Assembly (NCBI RefSeq): GCF_002243425.1 | Contig: NZ_CP021172.1 | Span: forward strand, 90,001-122,000 | From: Candidatus Saccharimonadota bacterium | GTDB lineage: Bacteria; Bacteroidota; Bacteroidia; Flavobacteriales; Blattabacteriaceae | Length of the DNA stretch: 32,000 nucleotides | Direction of reading: 5' to 3' | Position numbers and translations under genes: made by a program | In this document: in pieces, positions 24,743-32,000 of the stretch | How positions within the stretch are numbered: the stretch's first letter is position 1 | Layout of the letters: every line of letters starts with the position of its first letter | The notes under the pieces: generated by a model | Told to the model about the DNA's origin: nothing | The model's database searches: none | What the model saw: only the letters and a program-made list of their open reading frames with translations

Positions 24743-27274
24743 ATGTTATTACATAATATTGAAAATGAATCAGAATATGATTCTAAATCTAAAAAAAATA
24801 ATTATTTATATTATGAATCATCAGATTTTAAACCTTTAATTGAAAAATATAATAGAATTAAATATTCTGTTACAGAATATATATATCTACTTACTGTAAA
24901 AAATGTAGTTTTATTTCCAGATGTAGTAATACCTATTACAGCTGTAAAACAAAAATCAATTAATTTATTTAAATCTGCATATTCTACTTATAAAAAAATT
25001 GGAATTTTAACTAAAAAATATTTTAATACTACATTTAATATTGCTAAATTCAATATTCCGACATTTAATATATATTCATTTAATATACCTAGATTTATAT
25101 CTTCATTTAAGATTTATTCATTGAATAAGACTACATTTAATAATACCAATGACATATATTATATAGGTACAGTAGCTAAAATATTAAAATTATTAATAAT
25201 GCCCGATGGCAATACTACTGTAATATTACAAGGTATTAGTAGATTTCAAATAATTAAACTAATACAAGTTTATCCTTATTTTAAGGCTGAAATAATAGAT
25301 TTAAAAGACGAAAAACCCCAAAAAAAAGATAAAGAATATCTAATATTAATAGATTCTATTAAAGAAATAGCAATAAAAATTATACAAGATAATTATAATC
25401 TTCCTTCAGAATCTAGTTTTGCAATTAGTAATATAGAAAGTAAATCATTTCTTATAAATTTTGTTGCATATAATCTTAATATAGAAATTAATAATAAACA
25501 AATTCTTTTAGAATATGATTTTCTTAAACAAAGAGCAATAGAAACTTTTCGTTTTCTAAATATAGAATATGAAAAAATTAAATTAAAAAACGATATTCAA
25601 TATCGTGTTAGATATGATATTGATCAACAACAAAAAGAATATTTTTTAAATCAACAAATAAAAGCTATTCAAGAAGAATTAGGAGATTTTTCATATGAAA
25701 AAGAAGTAGAGGTATTAAGAATTAAATCATATAAAAAGAATTGGTCTAAAGAAGCTCAAAATCAATTTGATAGAGAATTAAGTAAATTTCAACGTACTAA
25801 TCCACAAATGCCAGAATATACAATATTACGTAATTATTTAGATTTAATGTTAGATTTACCCTGGAGAAAGTATTCTAAAGATAATTATGATTTATACCGT
25901 GCACAAAAAATACTTGATAAGGATCATTTTGGAATTGATAAAGTTAAAGAAAGAATAATAGAATATTTATCTGTTCTAAAACTTAAAGGAGATCTTAGGT
26001 CACCTATACTTTGTTTTTATGGACCACCAGGTATAGGTAAAACTTCTTTAGGAAGATCAATTGCTTCTGCATTAAATAGAAAATATGTTCGTATATCTTT
26101 AGGAGGATTAAATGATGAAGCTGAAATTAGGGGACATAGAAAGACTTATATAGGTGCTATGCCGGGAAGAGTATTACAATCAATAAAAAAAGCTGGAACA
26201 TCTAATCCTGTGTTTGTATTAGATGAAATAGATAAAATGGGACTAGGGTCTCAAGGAAATACTTCTTCGGCAATGTTAGAAGTTTTAGATCCAGAGCAAA
26301 ATAAAGAATTTTATGATAATTTTCTTGAAATGGGATATGATTTATCTAAGGTAATTTTCATTGCTACAGCCAATTCACTTTATACAATAAATATTGCTTT
26401 ATTAGATAGAATGGAAATTATAGATATGAATGGATATACTGTTGAAGAAAAAATAGAAATTTCTAAAAAACATTTAATTCCTAAACAATTAAAAGAAAAT
26501 GGCTTAAAAAGCAAGGATCTGATTTTAGGTGTAAAACAAATTGAAAAAATTATTGAAAGTTATACTAGAGAATCAGGGGTAAGATCTCTTGAAAAGAAGA
26601 TTTCAAAAATTGTAAGATATGCTGCTAAAAATATTGCTATGAATAAAAAATATTTAAAACGTATAAATATGTCAAAAATAGAAGAAGTATTAGGACCACC
26701 TAATGATCCTGAGAAATATGAATTTATTCAAGTCCCTGGAGTAGTTACAGGATTAGCTTGGACTATTGTAGGAGGAGAGATTCTATATATAGAATCAACA
26801 TTACTGAAAGGAAGAGGTAACTTGAGTATAACAGGAAATGTAGGAGAGGTTATGAAAGAATCTGCTACTATAGCTTTCAAATATATAAAATCTCATAATT
26901 ATGAGTTTGGAATAGATGAAAAAATGTTTGAATTGTATAACATACATATTCATGTTCCAGAAGGAGGTGTTCATAAAGATGGCCCCTCTGCCGGAATAAC
27001 TATGTTAACTTCTATAATATCTAGTTTTTTGAAAAAAAAAATACGTCCGTATTTAGCAATGACTGGTGAAATTACCCTTAGAGGAAAGGTACTTCCTGTA
27101 GGAGGAATTAAAGAAAAAATATTAGCAGCAAAAAGAGCTAATATAAAAGAAATTATTCTATCAAAAGCAAATAAAAAAGAGATTGATGATATCAAAAAAG
27201 TTTACTTAAAGGGACTAAAATTTCATTTTGTTAGTAAAATGAATGAAGTTATAGATTTATCTATTATAAAATAA
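24743..27274 (+). CDS. lon: ATP-dependent Lon protease
   Basis: LON N-domain (VVLFPDVVIPI), Walker A GPPGIGKTS, Walker B VFVLDEIDK, catalytic Ser context KDGPSAGITM and Lys context GGIKEKILAAKRA. The ORF track starts at TTG 24737. ATG 24743, two codons downstream, is the more conventional start. Confidence 0.93.
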   Translation: MLLHNIENESEYDSKSKKNNYLYYESSDFKPLIEKYNRIKYSVTEYIYLLTVKNVVLFPDVVIPITAVKQKSINLFKSAYSTYKKIGILTKKYFNTTFNIAKFNIPTFNIYSFNIPRFISSFKIYSLNKTTFNNTNDIYYIGTVAKILKLLIMPDGNTTVILQGISRFQIIKLIQVYPYFKAEIIDLKDEKPQKKDKEYLILIDSIKEIAIKIIQDNYNLPSESSFAISNIESKSFLINFVAYNLNIEINNKQILLEYDFLKQRAIETFRFLNIEYEKIKLKNDIQYRVRYDIDQQQKEYFLNQQIKAIQEELGDFSYEKEVEVLRIKSYKKNWSKEAQNQFDRELSKFQRTNPQMPEYTILRNYLDLMLDLPWRKYSKDNYDLYRAQKILDKDHFGIDKVKERIIEYLSVLKLKGDLRSPILCFYGPPGIGKTSLGRSIASALNRKYVRISLGGLNDEAEIRGHRKTYIGAMPGRVLQSIKKAGTSNPVFVLDEIDKMGLGSQGNTSSAMLEVLDPEQNKEFYDNFLEMGYDLSKVIFIATANSLYTINIALLDRMEIIDMNGYTVEEKIEISKKHLIPKQLKENGLKSKDLILGVKQIEKIIESYTRESGVRSLEKKISKIVRYAAKNIAMNKKYLKRINMSKIEEVLGPPNDPEKYEFIQVPGVVTGLAWTIVGGEILYIESTLLKGRGNLSITGNVGEVMKESATIAFKYIKSHNYEFGIDEKMFELYNIHIHVPEGGVHKDGPSAGITMLTSIISSFLKKKIRPYLAMTGEITLRGKVLPVGGIKEKILAAKRANIKEIILSKANKKEIDDIKKVYLKGLKFHFVSKMNEVIDLSIIK
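25028..25147 (+). repeat. In-frame 15-nt tandem repeat (about 8 units, 4 clean and 4 degenerate) encoding xxFNI pentapeptides inside lon
   Basis: Codon-by-codon reading gives TTFNI AKFNI PTFNI YSFNI PRFIS SFKIY SLNKT TFNNT. The core nucleotide unit is nnn-nnn-ttt-aat-atw. It lies between the conserved ILTKK and DIYYIGTVAKIL segments of the Lon N-domain, which in the Lon proteins I recall are separated by only about 10 residues. Confidence 0.85.
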
Positions 27275-27284
27275 TATATAACAT

Positions 27285-28499
27285 ATGAAAAACTATCCTA
27301 AAAATATAGGAATAAATTTCCATGATCTTACAAAAAGATATGGAACTCCACTTTATGTATATGATGCAAATAAAATAGAATTTCAATATAAATTGATTAA
27401 AAAATCTTTTTTTTATATAGAAAATTTAAAAATAAATTATGCTTGTAAAGCAAATACAAATATAAGTATATTAAAATTTTTTAAAAAATTAGGTAGTGGA
27501 TTAGATACTGTTTCGCTACAAGAAGTAGAAATAGGATTAAAAGCTGGATTTAAACCCAAAGAAATTATATATACGCCTAATGGGGTTTCTTTATCAGAAA
27601 TAAAAAAAGCAATAAAAGCTGGTGTTCTAATTAACATAGATAATTTATCTCTTTTAGAACAAATAGGTCATGAAAATCCTAATTATCCTATAGGAATTAG
27701 AATAACCCCAAATATTATGGGGGGTGGAAATAAAAAAATTTCTGTAGGTCATATAAATTCAAAATTTGGAATATCATATTATCAATTACCTCATCTTAAA
27801 AGAATTGTTGAAAATACTGGAATTAAAGTTGAAGGAATACATATGCATACTGGTTCTGATATTATAGATCTTGAAGTGTTTTTACAAGGAGCTGATATTT
27901 TATTAAACGTAGCTAGTTCTTTCAATGAACTTAAATATATAGATTTTGGTAGTGGATTTAAAGTACCATATCATAAAAATGATACAAAAACAGATCTAGA
28001 TATGTTAGGTGTTTTTTTTAAAAAAAAAATTTCAAGAGTTTGTAAAAATATAAAAATTTTTTTTGAACCTGGAAAATTTTTAGTTAGTGAATCAGGTTAT
28101 TTTATAGTAAAGGTTAATGTGATTAAACATACAACTTCTACTGTATTTGCTTGTGTTGATTCTGGATTTAATCATTTTATACGTCCCATGTTTTATGATT
28201 CATATCATCAGATAGATAATCTTTCAAATCCATCAGGAAAATTACGTTTTTATACTGTAGTAGGATATATCTGTGAATCTGATACATTTTGTGTTAATAG
28301 AAAAATTAATGAAATAAGAGAAGGAGATATATTATGTTTTAGAAATGCAGGAGCTTATTGTTTTTCTATGTCATCTAACTATAATTCTCGTTATAGGCCT
28401 TCTGAAGTTATTATTTCTAATAATAAATATTTTCTTATTAGAAGAAGAGAAAATATGCAAGATTTACTAAAAAAAATGATTGAAATAGATATAGGATAG
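27285..28499 (+). CDS. lysA: Diaminopimelate decarboxylase
   Basis: Motifs GTPLYVYD, the PLP-lysine context INYACKANTN, HMHTGS, EPGKFLV and GAYCFSMSSNYNSR. 404 aa. Its last sense codon and TAG stop (28494-28499) lie inside the tRNA-Ser acceptor stem. Confidence 0.92.
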   Translation: MKNYPKNIGINFHDLTKRYGTPLYVYDANKIEFQYKLIKKSFFYIENLKINYACKANTNISILKFFKKLGSGLDTVSLQEVEIGLKAGFKPKEIIYTPNGVSLSEIKKAIKAGVLINIDNLSLLEQIGHENPNYPIGIRITPNIMGGGNKKISVGHINSKFGISYYQLPHLKRIVENTGIKVEGIHMHTGSDIIDLEVFLQGADILLNVASSFNELKYIDFGSGFKVPYHKNDTKTDLDMLGVFFKKKISRVCKNIKIFFEPGKFLVSESGYFIVKVNVIKHTTSTVFACVDSGFNHFIRPMFYDSYHQIDNLSNPSGKLRFYTVVGYICESDTFCVNRKINEIREGDILCFRNAGAYCFSMSSNYNSRYRPSEVIISNNKYFLIRRRENMQDLLKKMIEIDIG

Positions 28500-28579
28500 A
28501 TGGCAGAGTGGGCTATTGCGGCGGTCTTGAAAATCGTTGAGTGTAAAACACTCCGGGGGTTCAAATCCCTCTCTATCCG
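28494..28579 (+). tRNA. tRNA-Ser (anticodon UGA), class II with a long variable arm
   Basis: Hand-folded 86-nt structure. Acceptor ggataga/tctatcc (7 perfect bp), D stem gca/tgc with an 11-nt loop, anticodon stem gcggt/atcgt with loop ctTGAaa. The variable arm is t-gagtg-taaaa-cactc-c, the T arm ggggg-ttcaaat-ccctc, and the discriminator g. No encoded CCA. Confidence 0.92.
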
Positions 28580-28602
28580 CTAAAATAGATAATCATTTAA
28601 TA

Positions 28603-29673
28603 ATGGCAGGTAATAATTTTGGAAAATTATTTAGAGTTACTACTTTTGGTGAAAGTCATGGATATGCATTAGGAGGTATAATAGATGGATGTCCCTCAGG
28701 ATTAAAATTAAATTTTGAAGAAATAAATAATGAATTAAATCGTAGAAAACCTGGGCAATCTTCAATTGTTACTCAAAGAAAAGAATCAGATGAAGTGATA
28801 TTTTTATCAGGTATATTTAATGGTTTAACTACAGGTACTCCTATTGGATTCATAATAAAAAATAAAGATCATAATTCAAAAGATTATTTTAATCTAAAAT
28901 CTATATATCGCCCATCTCATTCTGATTTTACATATTATAAAAAATATGGTATAAGAGATTATAGAGGGGGAGGGAGATCTTCTGCACGAGAAACAGTTTC
29001 TCGTGTAGTTGCTGGTGCAATAGCTAAACAATTATTAAAAATTTATAAGATTTTTATAAAAGCCTATGTTTCCTCTATAGGAAACTTAAATTTCAGTGAA
29101 AATTATAATAAACTTGATCTCTCTAAAATAGAGAATACACCTATACGTTGTCCTGATATAAAATTATCAGAAAAAATGATATATTATATTAATAATATAC
29201 GTAAAAAAGGAGATACTATAGGAGGGATAATTACTTGTAATATAAAAAATGTACCTATTGGTATAGGTGAACCAGTTTTTGATAAACTTCATGCTGAATT
29301 AGGTAAAGCTATGCTGTCTATAAATGCTGTAAAAGTATTTGAATATGGAAGCGGATTTGTTGGAACAAAAATTAAAGGATCTAATCATAATGATATATTT
29401 ACTAATAATGAAACTACTAAAACAAATTTTTCTGGAGGAATACAAGGTGGATTATCTAATGGTATGGATATTTATTTCAACGTAGGGTTTAAACCAGTAG
29501 CTACTATTATGAATAAGCAAAAAAGTATAGATATTAATTTTTTTAAACAAAAAATTTTGGTAAAAGGTCGTCATGATCCTTGTGTTTTACCTAGAGCTGT
29601 TCCTATTGTCGAGGCTATGTCTGCATTAGTTTTATATGATAATATGCTTAATAATAGAGTATATAAAATATAA
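28603..29673 (+). CDS. aroC: Chorismate synthase
   Basis: The N-terminus [20 protein letters not shown] is the canonical chorismate synthase start. Other motifs are [21 protein letters not shown] and GRHDPCV. The ORF-track start at 28537 lies inside tRNA-Ser and adds 22 non-homologous residues, so the Met at 28603 is preferred. Confidence 0.92.
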   Translation: MAGNNFGKLFRVTTFGESHGYALGGIIDGCPSGLKLNFEEINNELNRRKPGQSSIVTQRKESDEVIFLSGIFNGLTTGTPIGFIIKNKDHNSKDYFNLKSIYRPSHSDFTYYKKYGIRDYRGGGRSSARETVSRVVAGAIAKQLLKIYKIFIKAYVSSIGNLNFSENYNKLDLSKIENTPIRCPDIKLSEKMIYYINNIRKKGDTIGGIITCNIKNVPIGIGEPVFDKLHAELGKAMLSINAVKVFEYGSGFVGTKIKGSNHNDIFTNNETTKTNFSGGIQGGLSNGMDIYFNVGFKPVATIMNKQKSIDINFFKQKILVKGRHDPCVLPRAVPIVEAMSALVLYDNMLNNRVYKI

Positions 29674-29682
29674 AAATTTAAT

Positions 29683-31491
29683 ATGGAAAAAGGAAAAATT
29701 AAAGTAACAGTAGAAGATATTTTTCCTGTTATTAAAAAATTTTTATATTCAGATAATGAAATTTTTATAAGAGAGCTTGTTTCTAATGCAACTGACGCTA
29801 TTTTAAAATTAAAAACTTTGATAAATTTAGGAAAATTTAATAAAAAAATAGATGATTTAATAATAGAAATTGTCATAGACAAGGAAAATCAAATTTTAAA
29901 AATTATAGATAATGGGATTGGAATGACTAAAAAAGAAGTAAAAAAATATATTAATCAAATTGCTTTTTCAGGTGCCGAAGAATTTTTAAGAAAATATAAA
30001 GATAAAAATAATGAATATATAATTGGTAATTTTGGATTAGGATTTTATTCATCTTTTCTGGTTTCTGATAAAGTAGAAATAATATCTAAATCTTATAAAG
30101 ATTATGAAGATGCCATACATTGGATATGTGATGGAACTACTAATTTTTCTATTAAAAATATAGATAAACCTAAATCAGGGACTGAAATAAGACTTCATAT
30201 TAATGATAGTTCTAAAGAATTTTTAGAAGAAAATAAAATAAAAGAATTACTAATTAAATACTGTAAATTTATGCCTATTCCTATAAAATTAGGAGAACGT
30301 GAAGTAAATAACCCATATCCTTTGTGGGTAAAAAATCCAATAAATGTAAAAGATGAAGAATATATAAATTTTTATAAAGAACTTTATCCCCTGCAAATTG
30401 CAGATCCTTTATTTTGGATCCATTTAAATATAGATCATCCTTTTAAACTAACTGGTGTACTTTTTTTTCCAAAAATTAAAAATCAAATAGAAATCCAAAG
30501 AGATAAGATACAATTATATAAAAATAAAGTATATGTTACAGATAATTTAGAAGGTATAGTACCAGATTTTCTTAATCTTTTACAAGGTGTAATTGATTCT
30601 CCAGATATTCCACTTAATGTATCTAGATCTTATCTTCAATCAGATTCATCTGTAAAACAAATTTCAGGTTATATTACAAGAAAAGTAGCTGAGAAGCTTG
30701 AAAATATGTGTAAAAATAATCGTGAAGATTTTGAAAACAATTGGGAGGATATCAAAATCATTATAGAATATGGAATGATTAGCGACTCAAATTTTTATTC
30801 AAAAGCAAAAAAATTTGCTTTATATCCTGATATAAATAAGAAATCTTTTCTATTAGAAGAATATATAAAAAAAGCAAAGAAATTTAAAAATAATAAAATT
30901 ATTTGTTTTTATACTTCTAACATAGAAAATCAAAATTCTTATATAAAAACAATAAAAAATAAAGGATATAAAATTTTATTACTAGATAGTCCTATTGTTG
31001 GACATTTACTACAAAAAATAGAAATGGATTATAAAAATCTAAATTTTTTTAGAGTAGATTCAGATCAAATAGATCAAATTTTAAAAAATGAAAATCAAAA
31101 TATTTCTAACCTTTCAAAAGAAGAAACAAATATTTTAGAAAATATTTTAAAAACAAATATTGACAATCATAAATTTATAATAAAAATAGAAGATTTATCT
31201 GATTTTTCATTACCATTTCTTATAACTGTTCCTGAATTTATTAGACGTATGAAAGAAATAAGTATGACTGGGAATAATCTGTTTAATATTAACAATCTTA
31301 ATTCTAAATATAATCTTATTGTTAATAAAAATCATAAATTGATAAAAAAAATAATAAATGAAAAAGATTTAAATATTAAAAAAAATCTTATAAAGAATTC
31401 ATTACATTTGATAATGTTATCACAAAATCTATTAAGAGGGAAAGAATTAACAGATTTTATCTATAACAGTTTTGAAATGCTTTCAAAATAA
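29683..31491 (+). CDS. htpG: Hsp90-family chaperone HtpG
   Basis: GHKL ATPase motifs FIRELVSNATDA, DNGIGMT and GNFGLGFYSSFLV, plus the middle-domain motif SPDIPLNVSRS. 602 aa. Confidence 0.92.
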   Translation: MEKGKIKVTVEDIFPVIKKFLYSDNEIFIRELVSNATDAILKLKTLINLGKFNKKIDDLIIEIVIDKENQILKIIDNGIGMTKKEVKKYINQIAFSGAEEFLRKYKDKNNEYIIGNFGLGFYSSFLVSDKVEIISKSYKDYEDAIHWICDGTTNFSIKNIDKPKSGTEIRLHINDSSKEFLEENKIKELLIKYCKFMPIPIKLGEREVNNPYPLWVKNPINVKDEEYINFYKELYPLQIADPLFWIHLNIDHPFKLTGVLFFPKIKNQIEIQRDKIQLYKNKVYVTDNLEGIVPDFLNLLQGVIDSPDIPLNVSRSYLQSDSSVKQISGYITRKVAEKLENMCKNNREDFENNWEDIKIIIEYGMISDSNFYSKAKKFALYPDINKKSFLLEEYIKKAKKFKNNKIICFYTSNIENQNSYIKTIKNKGYKILLLDSPIVGHLLQKIEMDYKNLNFFRVDSDQIDQILKNENQNISNLSKEETNILENILKTNIDNHKFIIKIEDLSDFSLPFLITVPEFIRRMKEISMTGNNLFNINNLNSKYNLIVNKNHKLIKKIINEKDLNIKKNLIKNSLHLIMLSQNLLRGKELTDFIYNSFEMLSK

Positions 31492-32000
31492 TCATATGAT
31501 TTTACAAATCAGATTTCCACAATCATCTACATTTAATAATGTAACATTTTTAATGTTATTTACTAAATCTGATTTCCAAATTGTTTTAGTTCTAATATAA
31601 TTATCTGTATATCCATATATATATCCTGATTTATTTTTATTTTCGAATAAAACATTACTTTTTTTGTTTATTTGTTTTATATAAAATATTTTTTTTTTTT
31701 CTTTTGAAAGTCTTATAAAGATTTTATTTCTTTTATAACGTATTTTTTTAGGAATTGAATTATTCATAATAAAAGCTTTTGTATTTATTCTTTCAGAATA
31801 AGAAAATACATGTAAATAAGAGATATTTATTTCAGATAATAATGAATAAGTTTCTATAAAATTTTTTTCTTTTTCTCCTGGAAATCCTACTATTACATCT
31901 GAGCCTATACAAGCAAAGGGCATAATATTTAATATTTTTTTTATTCTTTCTAAATAAAGATTTTTAGAATACCTTCTTTTCATTTTATTTAATATTTCAT
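31492..32000 (-). CDS. Radical-SAM methylthiotransferase, MiaB/MtaB/RimO family, C-terminal part (5' end beyond the window)
   Basis: The frame stays open upstream of the listed Met to the window edge (...EILIKMKRRYSK, matching the family motif LKxMxRxY). Further motifs are DVIVGFPGEKEKNF and HVFSYSERINTKA, followed by a TRAM-like C-terminus. The HVFxYSxR form suggests an MtaB-like enzyme, but the subfamily cannot be fixed from this fragment. Confidence 0.75.
   Translation of the reverse strand, partial: EILNKMKRRYSKNLYLERIKKILNIMPFACIGSDVIVGFPGEKEKNFIETYSLLSEINISYLHVFSYSERINTKAFIMNNSIPKKIRYKRNKIFIRLSKEKKKIFYIKQINKKSNVLFENKNKSGYIYGYTDNYIRTKTIWKSDLVNNIKNVTLLNVDDCGNLICKII

Noticed and set aside
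25022-25150. The 15-nt periodic array considered as a CRISPR-like or non-coding minisatellite
   Set aside because: The units are contiguous with no spacers, the unit length is a multiple of 3, and the array is in frame within lon with intact flanking domains. It is therefore reported as an intragenic coding repeat.
26971-27195. 74-aa minus-strand ORF antisense to the lon protease domain
   Set aside because: A shadow ORF opposite the Lon catalytic Ser/Lys region, with no independent support.
27437-27637. 66-aa minus-strand ORF antisense to lysA
   Set aside because: A shadow ORF inside the conserved PLP-binding barrel of LysA.
28537-28602. ORF-track 5' extension of aroC ([22 protein letters not shown])
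   Set aside because: These residues are simply the translation of the tRNA-Ser variable arm, T arm and acceptor. The canonical chorismate synthase N-terminus MAGNNFG... begins at 28603.
29571-29882. 103-aa minus-strand ORF spanning the aroC/htpG junction
   Set aside because: It is antisense to two well-supported genes, has no motifs, and covers the 9-nt intergenic spacer only incidentally.
1-32000. Search for a novel accessory system (defence island, toxin-antitoxin, secretion, CRISPR, integrase/transposase, prophage, biosynthetic cluster of unknown function)
   Set aside because: Every ORF above about 150 aa has a confident housekeeping or amino-acid-biosynthesis assignment from conserved motifs. 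Non-coding DNA totals only a few hundred nt. I saw no direct or inverted repeat pairs flanking any block, and no GC or composition discontinuity other than the three tRNAs. Claiming a new system here would not be supported by the sequence.

Overview
This window looks like ordinary, extremely compacted core genome from a strongly AT-rich, reduced bacterial endosymbiont. I found no mobile, defence or other accessory system. GC looks roughly 20-25% by eye (not counted), and the proteins are rich in K, I and N.

Several features point to a Bacteroidetes/Flavobacteriia-derived insect nutritional symbiont (Sulcia-like). That assignment is inference only:
- an acyl-ornithine-type transcarbamylase (argF')
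- a GNAT domain in front of argG
- a roughly 490-aa class II ProRS

About 98% of the window is accounted for by 25 protein genes and 3 tRNAs:
- 5'-truncated dnaE
- an eight-gene chain GNAT::argG-argC-argD-carA-carB-argF'-argB-argE, in which every junction overlaps
- convergent tRNA-Asp and tRNA-Lys
- aroK and tilS
- a complete minus-strand trpE-G-D-C-(F::B)-A operon
- a NifS/IscS-like cysteine desulfurase, proS and lon
- lysA, tRNA-Ser, aroC and htpG
- the 3' part of a MiaB/MtaB-family methylthiotransferase

Stop codons include TGA, consistent with the standard bacterial code. I saw no CRISPR array, IS element, phage gene, toxin-antitoxin pair or unexplained ORF cluster.

The observations worth a second look are all signatures of genome erosion and compaction:
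- The 153-bp gap after tilS is a decayed TilS C-terminal domain, cut off by a frameshift at an A9 tract plus an in-frame TAG.
- There are two gene fusions, GNAT::ArgG (junction on an A10 tract) and TrpF::TrpB.
- A 15-nt in-frame tandem repeat (xxFNI pentapeptides) is inserted in the Lon N-domain.
- tRNA-Ser has a 5' end that overlaps the lysA stop codon.
- Long in-frame homopolymers sit in essential genes.
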